A stretch of DNA of 33,540 bases. Source: Candidatus Altiarchaeota archaeon. GTDB taxonomy: Archaea > Altiarchaeota > Altiarchaeia > IMC4 > QMZM01. The notes under the pieces were generated by a model. The model searched no databases, had not been told where the DNA came from, and saw only the letters and a program-made list of their open reading frames with translations. Positions 17,179-27,036 of the stretch are shown here, piece after piece. A program made the translations under genes and the position numbers. The stretch lies in assembly GCA_016931955.1 (NCBI GenBank), contig JAFGDV010000025.1:1-33540 (forward strand), given 5' to 3'. Position 1 is the stretch's first letter. Each line of letters starts with the position of its first letter.

Positions 17179-19176
17179 ATGAGCCGCGAAAGACTGCTTG
17201 TCACCTCCGCGCTTCCTTACGCCAACGGCCCACTGCACGTGGGACACGCCATAGGCGCCTACATTCCTGCGGATGTGTATGTGAGATACCACCGGCTTAA
17301 AGGTAACGACGTGGTATTCATATGCGGCTCAGATGAACACGGCACCCCTATAACAGTAACCGCCGAAAAGGAGGGTATCCCACCCCAGGCCGTAGTGGAC
17401 AAATACCATAAAGCCATAAAAGAAGCCTTCAAGGACCTTGGGATCAGCTTCGACAACTACTCCAGGACGACAGAGGGAATACATTACAAAAATTCGCAGG
17501 AATTCTTCAAGAAGGTCATGGAGAACGGCTTCGTCTACAAGAAGACTGTGGAAAGGCCCTACTGCCCTCAATGCAGGCGATTTCTCCCAGACAGGTTCGT
17601 GAAGGGTATCTGCCCCTACTGCAACTCAGAGGATCAACGGGGGGATCAATGCGAGGCCTGCGGGAAACAGTTGGAGCCGCATGAGTTAAAGAACGCATAC
17701 TGCATCATCTGCAATGGTACACCAGAGCAGAGGGAGACCGAACACTGGTTCTTCAAGCTGAGCGAGTTTTCACATAAACTTAGAGAGTGGATCCTCTGCA
17801 ATAAACACTGGCCCGACAACGCAAGAAACTTCTCCCTGGGATGGATTTCTGAGGGCTTAGAGGATAGGGCCATCACAAGAGACCTGAGCTGGGGTGTTCC
17901 CGTGCCTTTGAAAGGAGCGGAGGATAAGGTCCTTTATGTATGGTTTGAGGCTCCAATAGGTTATATTTCCTCGACCCAGGAGTGGGCTGAAAAAAAAGGA
18001 AACCCTGGGGAGTGGCGGAAGTATTGGATTGAGGATTGCAAGATAATTCACTTCATAGGAAAAGACAACATACCATTCCACGCCATAATATGGCCTGCAA
18101 TGCTTATGGCTCACTCCGGATTTAATCTTCCTTGGCAGGTCTCAAGTAATGAGTACCTTACCCTTGAGGGTAGGAAGATGAGCACCAGCCGGGGATGGGT
18201 TCTTTGGTTGCATGACATCTTAAATGAATTCGACGCTGACCTTATAAGGTACTACCTGCTCAGCATTAATCCGGCGAAACATGACTCTGATTTCTCACTG
18301 AAGGAGTTCCAGCACAAAGTGAATAATGAACTTGTCGCTGCCTTCGGTAACTTCATCAACAGAAGCCTGACATTCATAGAAAAACAGGGTTCTATGATCC
18401 CAAAAGTGGAGGATTTCGACGAACTGGATGAACAGCTGCTCGAAAGGATCAGGGAGGCCCCTGAACATGTTGGAAGGCATATCGAGGAATTCAGGTTCCT
18501 TGAGGCCTTGAAGGAGTTGATGTCTCTTGCACACTTTGGCAACGAATACTTTCAGGGGAAGGAGCCATGGAGGAACGAAAACTCCACCACATTGTACCTG
18601 TGTGCGAATCTGACTAGGACGCTGGCAATACTTTCCGCGCCATTCCTGCCCCACTCTGCAGAGCGTATCTGGGGGATGCTCGGTCTTGAAGGCTCCGTCT
18701 TCGATGAATCTTGGAGTAGAGCGGCCGAGCTTGACATCAGAGAAAGGCATAGGATAGGCAGAATAACTCTTTTATACGACAAAATCGACGACAAACGGAT
18801 TGAAGGATTCGACAGGAGATATCTTAGAAAAGAAAAGGTGGTTGAAAAGATGGATTATGTTGAATTCCAAGACTTTGAGAAGCTTGGATTGAGGGTAGCT
18901 GAGATAAAGGAGGTCCGGGATCACCCAAGGGCGGATAAGCTTTACCTTTTGCAGGTCGACTTAGGTGATGAGGTGAGGCAACTGATTGCAGGTATCAAGG
19001 AGTCATACTCCAAGGAGGATTTGATCGGTAAGCAGATTATCGTAGCTACCAACCTTAAGCCGCGGGAGATCAGGGGCGAAACCTCTTATGGTATGCTGCT
19101 TGCAGTAGACGTTGAGGGAAAACCTGTCTTGTTGATGCCTGAAAAGAGGGTTACTTCTGGCTCTATGATACGGTAG
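17179..19176 (+). CDS. metG: Methionine--tRNA ligase with C-terminal tRNA-binding domain
   Basis: TSALPYANGPLHVGH, GSDEHGTPI, Zn knuckles, KMSTS, HPRADKL. Start set at ATG 17179. Confidence 0.97.
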   Translation: MSRERLLVTSALPYANGPLHVGHAIGAYIPADVYVRYHRLKGNDVVFICGSDEHGTPITVTAEKEGIPPQAVVDKYHKAIKEAFKDLGISFDNYSRTTEGIHYKNSQEFFKKVMENGFVYKKTVERPYCPQCRRFLPDRFVKGICPYCNSEDQRGDQCEACGKQLEPHELKNAYCIICNGTPEQRETEHWFFKLSEFSHKLREWILCNKHWPDNARNFSLGWISEGLEDRAITRDLSWGVPVPLKGAEDKVLYVWFEAPIGYISSTQEWAEKKGNPGEWRKYWIEDCKIIHFIGKDNIPFHAIIWPAMLMAHSGFNLPWQVSSNEYLTLEGRKMSTSRGWVLWLHDILNEFDADLIRYYLLSINPAKHDSDFSLKEFQHKVNNELVAAFGNFINRSLTFIEKQGSMIPKVEDFDELDEQLLERIREAPEHVGRHIEEFRFLEALKELMSLAHFGNEYFQGKEPWRNENSTTLYLCANLTRTLAILSAPFLPHSAERIWGMLGLEGSVFDESWSRAAELDIRERHRIGRITLLYDKIDDKRIEGFDRRYLRKEKVVEKMDYVEFQDFEKLGLRVAEIKEVRDHPRADKLYLLQVDLGDEVRQLIAGIKESYSKEDLIGKQIIVATNLKPREIRGETSYGMLLAVDVEGKPVLLMPEKRVTSGSMIR

Positions 19177-19186
19177 GTGTGGCCTC

Positions 19187-20335
19187 TTGAAATATGATGT
19201 GGTAGTCGTCGGCGCAGGTCCAGCGGGTTCCACCGCTGCAAGACAGTGCGCCTTGAAGGGCTTGAAGACATTGCTACTGGAAAAAGAGAAGCTTCCAAGA
19301 TACAAACCTTGCGGCGGCGCGGTTTCGGAGAAGTCTTTGTCGCTTCTGGATTTCAAGATCAATAAGGAATTGGTGGAGAGGGAATGCTACGGCGCCATCC
19401 TAAAGTACGGCAGATATGGGATCAAGGCTAGAAAACCATACAGGTTTGGTATTCTCACCTCAAGGGATAAATTTGACTTTTATCTGACAGAAAAGGCTGT
19501 CAATGCAGGTGTTGAGCTACATGACTCGGAAAAGGTTAGGTCCCTGAATGTGCTAGACTCTCACGTGGTTGTCAAAACAGACAAAACGTCATATAACGCA
19601 TCCTCTGTTATCGGAGCTGACGGAGTCAACAGCATTGTTTCCAGGCAGGTCAGGGACAGATTTGCTCCTGCAGAACTCGGCCTTTCGTTTGAGGCTGCGT
19701 TACCTTACGATGTGGATAACCTGGAAGACCCCGACCTTATAAGGACCTTCTTTGGCTGTGCCCCTGGAGGCTATGGTTGGGTTTTTCCTAAGAGAGAGCA
19801 TCTTTCTGTGGGGATTGTAGGGATATTGTCGCGTTTTAAGGAGCCTAAAAGGGCATTCACTGACTTCATGGAGAAACGAGGTCTTGACCCAAGCGTAAGA
19901 TTTCAGACACACTTGATTCCTTTAGGCGGTTATAAGAGGGAGACCTGCTCTGATCGTATTATCCTTGTAGGCGACGCCGCAGGTTATGCGGATCCCTTTT
20001 TATGGGAGGGGATCCAGTACGCTATCCATTCTGGCAAGATTGCTGCGGGGGTTATCTCAGGATCCTATGGGGGGGGTGATTTTTCTAATGATAGGTTGTC
20101 TATCTACAAAAAGGATTGCTTTAAGGCGTTCGGTGAGAATCTAGAGCATTCATTGGAATTTTCACGGCTGATACATCAGTATCCAAACATATTGATTAGA
20201 TTGGTTGCAAGCAATGAACCACTTATCAGTAGGTACTTGGACACCGCTGTTGGGCGATTAGGCTACAGGGCGTACAGGAATTGGCTTTTGCTTAGGGTGC
20301 CGTATTATCTATTACAGAACTTTATATGTAGATAA
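19187..20335 (+). CDS. Geranylgeranyl reductase family FAD-dependent oxidoreductase
   Basis: DVVVVGAGPAGS, PRYKPCGG, GADG.NS.V, GYGWVFPK, LVGDAAG..DP...EGI..A..SG. Confidence 0.9.
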   Translation: MKYDVVVVGAGPAGSTAARQCALKGLKTLLLEKEKLPRYKPCGGAVSEKSLSLLDFKINKELVERECYGAILKYGRYGIKARKPYRFGILTSRDKFDFYLTEKAVNAGVELHDSEKVRSLNVLDSHVVVKTDKTSYNASSVIGADGVNSIVSRQVRDRFAPAELGLSFEAALPYDVDNLEDPDLIRTFFGCAPGGYGWVFPKREHLSVGIVGILSRFKEPKRAFTDFMEKRGLDPSVRFQTHLIPLGGYKRETCSDRIILVGDAAGYADPFLWEGIQYAIHSGKIAAGVISGSYGGGDFSNDRLSIYKKDCFKAFGENLEHSLEFSRLIHQYPNILIRLVASNEPLISRYLDTAVGRLGYRAYRNWLLLRVPYYLLQNFICR

Positions 20336-20531
20336 TTCTTATTTTTTAGACATAATTCATTTTTATTGTTTAAAAGCTATATATTATACAATAGGGTAGA
20401 CATTATCGCGCGGGGATTACCCATAAATTGCATAAAAACCCTAATGATCGCGATATGATGTCCATATAACCATCAAAGGTTATATTTATTGAACATAATT
20501 CCTTATTATTATTAACCAGATCATATAAGAT

Positions 20532-21794
20532 ATGATAAGATACAAGATGTATCCCCCACGGTGGTTGGCTGAGACAGAAGGAAAAGACGTATTTCACCTA
20601 GAGTACAAACCAGAAAAAATAGCAGACAGGGTAGACTACCTCTTGGAAGGAACCAGAGAGGGTAAATTCTTATACTCAAACTTCCCTGCCATAAGAGAAA
20701 CCTGCATCAAAACACGTATAGACAGCGAACCCATCCGCCCGTGCCTTGGAGACCATGAACATGTGGCCTCGGCAGCCCTGAGGATATTCTCTTCCCTGTA
20801 CCTTTCACCACTATTCGCACACGAATTCTACAAACTCGGGAAGACAATCGGGCACTGTACTATCGCGGGATTGACTGGAACCCATAGCACCAAAGTCACC
20901 AAAAAAAGGGAGATAATAGAGGTCCAGCATATGTGCTGTAAACAAACCGGCATCGGTCACATAGAGGACATAGAAGTCGATGCCAGAAGGGGGTGGCTGA
21001 GATACACGATAAGCGAAAACACCAGCAACATTATGACAGTAGTGGATAGACAGCACTACATGGTGCCAACAAAGCCCAGCTGTTACATAGAGATCGGCAT
21101 ACTCTGCGGGCAAACGGAAGCCCTCTTAGGCGGTGTATGGGACGGCCTTGAAATAGGATACACCAGTAAGGGATACAAGAGCTTTGAGATAGGGCTCCAT
21201 CAACAAGAAAACAGGACGACGCCAAAAATAAACATGCTACCAAAGGAAGAATACGGCAGACTGCTGGACTGGAGCATAGACCTAGCCATAAACAGGAGAA
21301 CAAACATTGGAGAGGGGGATGTAGGCGACTACCAGATGATCTCACTATCGCAGTCTGTGAACTATCTGCTGCTTTCAGCATCCAAGGGTCATGTGGTACT
21401 ATCCAAGTGGGCGGGGAAAAAAGTGGGTGAGAGGATAATAGAGAGAATCAAGGCAAATAACCTCTTCGACGCCCTCGACTATTTAAAGAAGCTATTCCTC
21501 GAACTCAGAATCGGTATAATGGAGTACAAAGCAGACCCTGGCTCCATCAGGATAAAGGTGACTGAATCAGTTTATTCCTCTGGCGTCAATAATATACACA
21601 TGAAGCTGTGCATATTTTTGGCAGGCATTATCGAAGGCGGCATAAACAAATCAATGGAGAATGAGAGAACACTAAACGACGAACCTGAATGGATTGTCTT
21701 GGAAACAAAGTGCACTGCAAACGGCGACCCATGCTGTGAATTCAAATGCTTCCACAGGGATCAGGAAAAACTGAGGAACATACTCATAGGATGA
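20532..21794 (+). CDS. Tandem V4R-like domain protein
   Basis: Two V4R-like units: PSCYIEIGILCG..EAL and LCIFLAGIIEG...VLETKCTANGDPCCEFKC. Confidence 0.75.
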   Translation: MIRYKMYPPRWLAETEGKDVFHLEYKPEKIADRVDYLLEGTREGKFLYSNFPAIRETCIKTRIDSEPIRPCLGDHEHVASAALRIFSSLYLSPLFAHEFYKLGKTIGHCTIAGLTGTHSTKVTKKREIIEVQHMCCKQTGIGHIEDIEVDARRGWLRYTISENTSNIMTVVDRQHYMVPTKPSCYIEIGILCGQTEALLGGVWDGLEIGYTSKGYKSFEIGLHQQENRTTPKINMLPKEEYGRLLDWSIDLAINRRTNIGEGDVGDYQMISLSQSVNYLLLSASKGHVVLSKWAGKKVGERIIERIKANNLFDALDYLKKLFLELRIGIMEYKADPGSIRIKVTESVYSSGVNNIHMKLCIFLAGIIEGGINKSMENERTLNDEPEWIVLETKCTANGDPCCEFKCFHRDQEKLRNILIG

Positions 21795-22270
21795 AGACGA
21801 GAATCCTGGACACATCCGGTATACTGAGATCAGACCTTGATTTTTCAGAAGACAGATTTCTGATAACAAATGATGTCCTGATTGAACTTCAGGATGAAAC
21901 CGCCAAGATCGCGGTCGAATCCGCAATAATGAGGGGAAACATCCAAGTCAGAGACCCTGATGAGGAGTACATCAAAGAAATAAAACAAGCAGCTGAGGAG
22001 ACCGGCGACCTGGAGAAGCTATCCGACGCAGACATTGGCATCTTAGCCCTCGCCCTTGAAAAAAAACTCCCCATCATAACAGATGACTACAACATCCAGA
22101 ACGTGGCTTCAACGATTAACTTGGATTACGAGAAAAGCAGCCAGGAGGGCATAAAGAAAAAACTCAGATGGATTAAGGTCTGTGAAGGCTGCGGTAGTAA
22201 ACACTCAGATAACTCACTTATCTGTGGAGTCTGCGGCTCACCGTTGAGGAGAAAAGCCACCAGGATCTGA
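21791..22270 (+). CDS. nob1: Nob1-like rRNA maturation endonuclease (PIN + Zn ribbon)
   Basis: ILDTSG, ETGDL..LS.AD...LALA, TDDY.IQNVA, C.GC...C..CGS.L. ATGA overlaps the upstream stop. Confidence 0.9.
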   Translation: MKTRILDTSGILRSDLDFSEDRFLITNDVLIELQDETAKIAVESAIMRGNIQVRDPDEEYIKEIKQAAEETGDLEKLSDADIGILALALEKKLPIITDDYNIQNVASTINLDYEKSSQEGIKKKLRWIKVCEGCGSKHSDNSLICGVCGSPLRRKATRI

Positions 22271-22846
22271 CTTTTTGAGGCCTAAAAGGGCTGCGATTTC
22301 CTTGATGACTGCCATCTCACGTTTGCTACCGTAGATTAACAGGGGAATTGCCATCGAAATCGCTATCACACCAACAGGGGTTATGAGGTCCCTTGAGTAC
22401 TCCGCTAGGAGCAACCAGAATGTGTTCCCAAAGACCACTCCAATGGACATGCAGAGGATAGCCCTCTTCCTCTTGATCATCAGTATATAAGACAGGAGAG
22501 AAGCCCAGAGTATGCCGAAAACAAACGTGAATAATGCTATGGATAGGTAGAATCCTAGATGCCCTAGTCTTTGCTTGAACAACTCAGTTATTCTGTCGCC
22601 TTTATTCATTAGATCCGTTAGATCACCACCTGTAACCCTCGAAACCTTCTGTAGTATCCTCATCTGGTACAGGCTTCTATGTCTCCCCCCTAACTCAAAA
22701 AGCTTGAACAGGAGGGGTAGGGGGAGTATGTTGAGGAGGGACAAGAGGAGGAAGACCTCAAGGGGCGTCATTGAGAGTATATGTAAGCCATAGAATATCG
22801 TAGCCAACGGCCCCAGGGTATACGCCAGGATAACGAATTCAAGCAT
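22238..22846 (-). CDS. Small multidrug-export-like membrane protein
   Basis: Several hydrophobic helices, LNILPLPLL, G.LWASL.SYIL. True start is probably ATG 22846 (MLEFVILAY), with ATATAAAA about 24-31 nt upstream on the minus strand. Confidence 0.65.
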   Translation of the reverse strand: MLEFVILAYTLGPLATIFYGLHILSMTPLEVFLLLSLLNILPLPLLFKLFELGGRHRSLYQMRILQKVSRVTGGDLTDLMNKGDRITELFKQRLGHLGFYLSIALFTFVFGILWASLLSYILMIKRKRAILCMSIGVVFGNTFWLLLAEYSRDLITPVGVIAISMAIPLLIYGSKREMAVIKEIAALLGLKKSDPGGFSPQR

Positions 22847-22910
22847 GCTATTATCTATTATCCAACTGCTTTTATATCCTGGTTTATTACACCCTAATCC
22901 AATATCATAA

Positions 22911-23075
22911 TGCTTCCACGCGAAGGCTGCCTTGAACAGTGATAGGCAGGGCAAGATGGAAGCTACACTGCGCTGTACGCGGCCTTTGTATGAGGACCTT
23001 AGGGTCCCGAGGGGAGTGATGCCCTCTCGCGGAGTCGACACTCCAGCAATGATTACAAACCAACCACAGCGCAGA
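22911..23075. ncRNA. Putative structured non-coding RNA of unrecognised class
   Basis: Nested stems GCTTCCA/TGGAAGC and CTGCCT/AGGCAG, then CTGCGCTGT/ACAGCGCAG and TTTGTA/TACAAA enclosing hairpins GGACC-TTAG-GGTCC, CGAGGGG/CCTCTCG and GGAGT-CGAC-ACTCC. Confidence 0.45.
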
Positions 23076-23083
23076 ACAAACAT

Positions 23084-23247
23084 ATAGCCCTTTTCTTTAT
23101 AGGGGGCAAGGATTCCCTTATGTGGCGGACTGTCGTCCGACACATGTCAGAATTCTTCGATTCTGCACATCAACCCTAAGAATTCGCCAGTGGGCGAATT
23201 CCTTTGGGGTGATAGCCCTTTTCGAAAGGGCTATAAAGAAAGGGTTG
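23084..23247. repeat. Multi-hairpin palindromic element with terminal inverted repeat
   Basis: CCCTTTTCTTTATAG ... CTATAAAGAAAGGG flank hairpins such as GAATTCGCC-AGTG-GGCGAATTC and ATAGCCCTTT-TCG-AAAGGGCTAT. Confidence 0.6.
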
Positions 23248-23342
23248 GGGTTGATAAGGGCTGAGAGGGCGCCCTTAAAATGCCTTATTTTTTAAGTCTT
23301 GAATTCCAAATAGTTTGATATCTTATGCTCGAGGAGGATAAA

Positions 23343-23651
23343 ATGGAATATGTTTATGGTGCATTGTTGTTGCATTCTGCGGGGAAGAAAGTAGATGAGA
23401 AAAACCTGAAGAAGGTTATGGAGGCTACTGGTGCCAAGGCGGACGACGTTAGGGTGAAGGCGCTTGTCTCTTCCCTTGAGGGGGTCAACATAGAGGAGGC
23501 TATAAAGACTGCGGCGCCTGTCGCGGTTGCTGCAGCCCCCGCGGCGGCCCCTGCAGCTGAGAAGAAGGAAGAGAAAAAGAAGGAAGAAAAGAAGATTGAG
23601 GAGAAAGGCGAGGAGGAAGCTGCTGCAGGACTTGCTTCGCTATTCGGTTGA
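23343..23651 (+). CDS. rpl12: 50S ribosomal protein P1 (L12)
   Basis: [11 protein letters not shown], Ala-rich hinge, C-terminal [12 protein letters not shown]; GAGGAGG RBS before ATG 23343. Confidence 0.97.
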   Translation: MEYVYGALLLHSAGKKVDEKNLKKVMEATGAKADDVRVKALVSSLEGVNIEEAIKTAAPVAVAAAPAAAPAAEKKEEKKKEEKKIEEKGEEEAAAGLASLFG

Positions 23652-23859
23652 ACCCTTACTCCTTTAACTTCTTTATTACTTCAAGGAGGTCCTTTAACGA
23701 GTTATAGATTAAGAATGAGTTCCTCAGTTTCTCTGCGTCTGTGTCCCCTAACTCTTCAGAGTTCCTTAATGCAGAGTATTGGACTTCGTTAAGGGTTACC
23801 ATTATCTTCTTTTTCATTGTTTAATAATATTCATTGATTATATATTTAAAGGTGTTAAG

Positions 23860-24924
23860 ATGGCAAAGAAGCTGTTCATTCCAGGGCCGGTGGATGTCAG
23901 CCCGGACACTTTTGAGGCTATGTCTGTACCCATGATCAGTCACAGAGGGGCTGAGGTCTCCAAGCTCCTTGAGGAATGCAATGCAGGCCTTAATAGGCTC
24001 ATGCACACCAATAATACAGTCTTTATTTTCACGTCTTCCTCGACTGGGGCGATGGAGGCTGCTGTCAGGAACTGCGTCAAGGATAAGTGTTTAAGCATCT
24101 GTAACGGCGCATTCAGTGAGAGGTGGTATGGCATAGTCAAGGAGAACGGGAAAGAGGCTGATTCGCTGAATTTTGAATGGGGTGAGGCTCCTGACCCGAA
24201 GAGGATAGAAGAAAAGCTGTCTACGGGGGAATACGATGCCTTGACATTAGTGCACAATGAAACCTCCACTGGGGTTGCTGCACCCATCCAAGAGATTGCT
24301 AGAGTGGTGAGAAAGTATGATGTGAGCCTTCTGGTGGATACTGTCAGCTCTATGGGCGGTGTAAAGATCGAGGTGGACAAGCTTGGGATCGATGTCTGCC
24401 TTTTCGGCGTGCAGAAGTGTATGGCACTTCCTCCTGGGCTTGCAATATGCTCTGTTAGCGAACGCTCCCTTGAGAAGGCGAACACTATACCAGGTAGAGG
24501 CCACTACTTCGACTTTTTAGCCTACAAAAAGTACCTTGACAAGAAGCAAACTCCCACTACCCCCGCTGTCTCGATAATGCAGGGTCTAAGGTATAAGCTG
24601 AACAAGATCCTCAATGAGGAGGGTCTTGAGAACCGCTTCAGGCGGCATGAGGGTATGGCTGAGGTCACTAGGAGGTGGGCGAAAAAGAATTTCGAGCTCC
24701 TGCCTGAGGAGCAGTATTCTTCAAATACCGTATCCTGTATAAAAAATACCTTGAACATAGACTGCAACTCTTTGAAGACAAAATTGAGTGAACGAGGTTA
24801 TGTCTTCTCCACGGGCTACGGTAAGCTGGTTGATAAGACCTTTCGTATAGCTCACATGGGCGAACGCACCCCCGAAGAGCTTAGGGAGTATCTGAATACC
24901 ATAGACGACATACTGGGCCTCTAA
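23860..24924 (+). CDS. Class V PLP-dependent aminotransferase (serine-pyruvate / alanine-glyoxylate family)
   Basis: LFIPGP, ISHRG, VHNETSTGV, VDTVSSMGG, QKCMALPPGL, FRIAHMG. Start at ATG 23860 after AGGTG. Confidence 0.92.
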   Translation: MAKKLFIPGPVDVSPDTFEAMSVPMISHRGAEVSKLLEECNAGLNRLMHTNNTVFIFTSSSTGAMEAAVRNCVKDKCLSICNGAFSERWYGIVKENGKEADSLNFEWGEAPDPKRIEEKLSTGEYDALTLVHNETSTGVAAPIQEIARVVRKYDVSLLVDTVSSMGGVKIEVDKLGIDVCLFGVQKCMALPPGLAICSVSERSLEKANTIPGRGHYFDFLAYKKYLDKKQTPTTPAVSIMQGLRYKLNKILNEEGLENRFRRHEGMAEVTRRWAKKNFELLPEEQYSSNTVSCIKNTLNIDCNSLKTKLSERGYVFSTGYGKLVDKTFRIAHMGERTPEELREYLNTIDDILGL

Positions 24925-25126
24925 GCGCTTTTTTCCTTCTTGTCTAACCCTCACCTGTGAGGTCTTGGGTTTTTCATAAGGATTTTTCACCTTGATAAGA
25001 TATCTATTTTGATAGATATTTTTTAATTAGTCTATATTAAAAGATTCTTTATAAAAATCTCTTTCTGATAGTTCTTTTAATATAGCCTTTATTTTATATA
25101 TCTATTTTATAACATACTACTTAAAA

Positions 25127-25219
25127 ACGCAAAGAATTTTTTCGTCGTATTTGTGCCACCTAAACGAAAAAATTTTCTTCGTATTATACCCCATACTTTG
25201 ACGAAGAAAAAACTTTCGT
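25127..25219. promoter_or_regulatory. Three palindromic boxes ACG(A/C)A-N9-TTCGT at an exact 37-bp period
   Basis: Boxes start at 25127, 25164 and 25201 in an AT-rich intergenic region. Confidence 0.6.
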
Positions 25220-25428
25220 TTCTATTGTGACAATAGATAAAAGACCCTACCCCTCGGAGGGAAAACCCACATCCCATATATTGTAACAATATGGAATTAG
25301 TATTTTCGATGGTTTACCCATGATAAAACGATAAAAGTAGGCCAAAAAAATCGAAAATCCTTTTTTCACTTATTGCTACAATAGATTCTAGTGATTTTTA
25401 ACCCCCTCATGATAAAATCAATAGTAGC

Positions 25429-25656
25429 ATGGGTGCAATGACCTTAACTAAAAAGGACGTCGAAAAGCTCAAAAAGATTCAGAGATCGATAGCAGAAGGC
25501 AACGCCTGCTCCTATGACAAAACTGAGTGCCTGACCTATTTAGACAGCATCCTGAACCCCAAATGCTGCGTCTGTAGGAAGCCTCTTGGGGATGAAATCG
25601 AGATCGTGCAGGACCATAAGATGCATCTTAAGTGCAGAAAAAAGTATCATGCGTAG
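25429..25656 (+). CDS. Small Zn-finger protein
   Basis: 75 aa with C.VC.KPL...MH.KC (CxxC...HxxC). Confidence 0.7.
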   Translation: MGAMTLTKKDVEKLKKIQRSIAEGNACSYDKTECLTYLDSILNPKCCVCRKPLGDEIEIVQDHKMHLKCRKKYHA

Positions 25657-25669
25657 CATTTTTGATTTT

Positions 25670-25750
25670 CCCTGCCTTTTTGCCCTCTGGGGGATATCCC
25701 CCAGAGCAAAAATAACCCTCTTTTGAGGGGGTTGGATCCTAAAAAACAGG
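25670..25750. repeat. Short hairpin cluster, possibly also a terminator
   Basis: CTCTGGGGG-ATAT-CCCCCAGAG and CCCTC-TTTT-GAGGG inside CCCTG...CAGGG, directly after the stop codon. Confidence 0.5.
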
Positions 25751-26000
25751 GTATTTCACTGAAATTAATATTATCCATAATAGATATATAATATTATACT
25801 TTTTATAAAGTATTTATAATATAAGATATTCTAAATTAGATTATTTTTTATAGATATTTCTTATTGTATCTACTAAAAAAGATATATTTAATATGACCAT
25901 TTTTCTTCGGTGAGAGTTCGTGTGGGGGATATATACCCATTTTTGAGTAATTCTTGTTTTTTAGGTATTTATGCCCTTAATACCATATATAGCACACACG

Positions 26001-27035
26001 GTGATAATCAACACCTCGGTTCTTGCAGGAGAAGAATTTAATCTCCTAGAGGAAGCCCACCTCGTAGTAGAAGACGGCATGATCAGGGAAGTCAATGAAG
26101 GTTACGAAGCCGGCGGAATAGACCTGCAGGATTACCTTGCAATTCCTGGATTGATCAACGGGCACACGCACGTCGGCGACAGCTTCGCTAAGGAAGCCGC
26201 CCTAGGCCTCTCAGTGGATGATGCTGTTGGAAAAAACGGGTTAAAGTGGCAGCTCTATAAGGAAAGCAGACGGGAATCCAGGGTTAAAGCGATAAGGGAC
26301 TCCTTGGAGTACATGCTTCTCTCAGGAGTAACATGTTTCGCCGACTTCCGGGAGTTCGGCTGGGAGGGGATCGAAGAGCTGGAGGAAGCCTTAGACGATG
26401 TCCCGCTGAAGGCCGTGATATTGGGCCGAGACCTCCCTATTGAGGACGTCGACGGATTAGGATTGAATCTACATCAAGTAGACCAGATCCCGGAAAACAG
26501 GGAGGGGCGGATTATTGCATTGCATGCTGGGGAAGACTGTGAGGAGGTACCTAAGGCACTGGGATATGACCCGGACGTCATAGTACATTGCACTCATGCG
26601 ACAGATGAGGACTTAGAGGAAATCGCGAGGAAGAGGATCTCCGTCATCGTCTGTCCTAGGGCCAACGCCGCCTTAGGTGTTGGATTTCCCAGAGTTGATG
26701 ATATGCTTGATCTCGGCATCAATGTATGCATTGGAACGGACAACGTTATGACTAATTCGCCTAACATGTGGAGGGAGATGGAATTCCTGTCTAAGGCTTG
26801 CCGTCTTCCGCCAGCGAAGGCATTGATGATGTCTACATTGAATGCTGCGAAAGCCTTCCGTCTTGACTCGGGTTGCATCAAGGAAGGCTGTCGGGCTGAC
26901 ATCGTGTTCTTGGACAAAAACGCTATCAATCTCAGAGACAGTAGGAATCCTCTGGCTACGATAGTGTATAGATGCGAGCCTGAGAATGTGAGAAAGGTGT
27001 TGATCGACGGCAGATTCGTTGTCGACGGGGGCTGA
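26001..27035 (+). CDS. Amidohydrolase-superfamily metal-dependent deaminase (COG0402-like)
   Basis: PGLINGHTHVGD, FADFRE, LHAGE, VHCTH, CPRAN..LG.G.P, IGTDNVM. Start uncertain (GTG 26001 or ATG 25971). Confidence 0.88.
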   Translation: MIINTSVLAGEEFNLLEEAHLVVEDGMIREVNEGYEAGGIDLQDYLAIPGLINGHTHVGDSFAKEAALGLSVDDAVGKNGLKWQLYKESRRESRVKAIRDSLEYMLLSGVTCFADFREFGWEGIEELEEALDDVPLKAVILGRDLPIEDVDGLGLNLHQVDQIPENREGRIIALHAGEDCEEVPKALGYDPDVIVHCTHATDEDLEEIARKRISVIVCPRANAALGVGFPRVDDMLDLGINVCIGTDNVMTNSPNMWREMEFLSKACRLPPAKALMMSTLNAAKAFRLDSGCIKEGCRADIVFLDKNAINLRDSRNPLATIVYRCEPENVRKVLIDGRFVVDGG

Positions 27036-27036
27036 A

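Noticed and set aside
22911-23090. RNase P RNA, SRP RNA or hammerhead ribozyme
   Set aside because: No GAGGAA.(G/C)UCC or ACAGAA...GCUUA motifs, no CAGG..GNRA..AGCA helix 8, and TGTATGA-stem-CGAG does not match the CUGANGA...GAAA core.
22847-23143. N-terminal 99-aa extension of the 22238 membrane protein
   Set aside because: It runs through a promoter and structured RNA-like sequence; ATG 22846 has a well-placed TATA box.
25127-25219. Mini CRISPR array
   Set aside because: The 19-nt units with variable centres and 18-nt spacers are too short and divergent, and no cas genes are adjacent.
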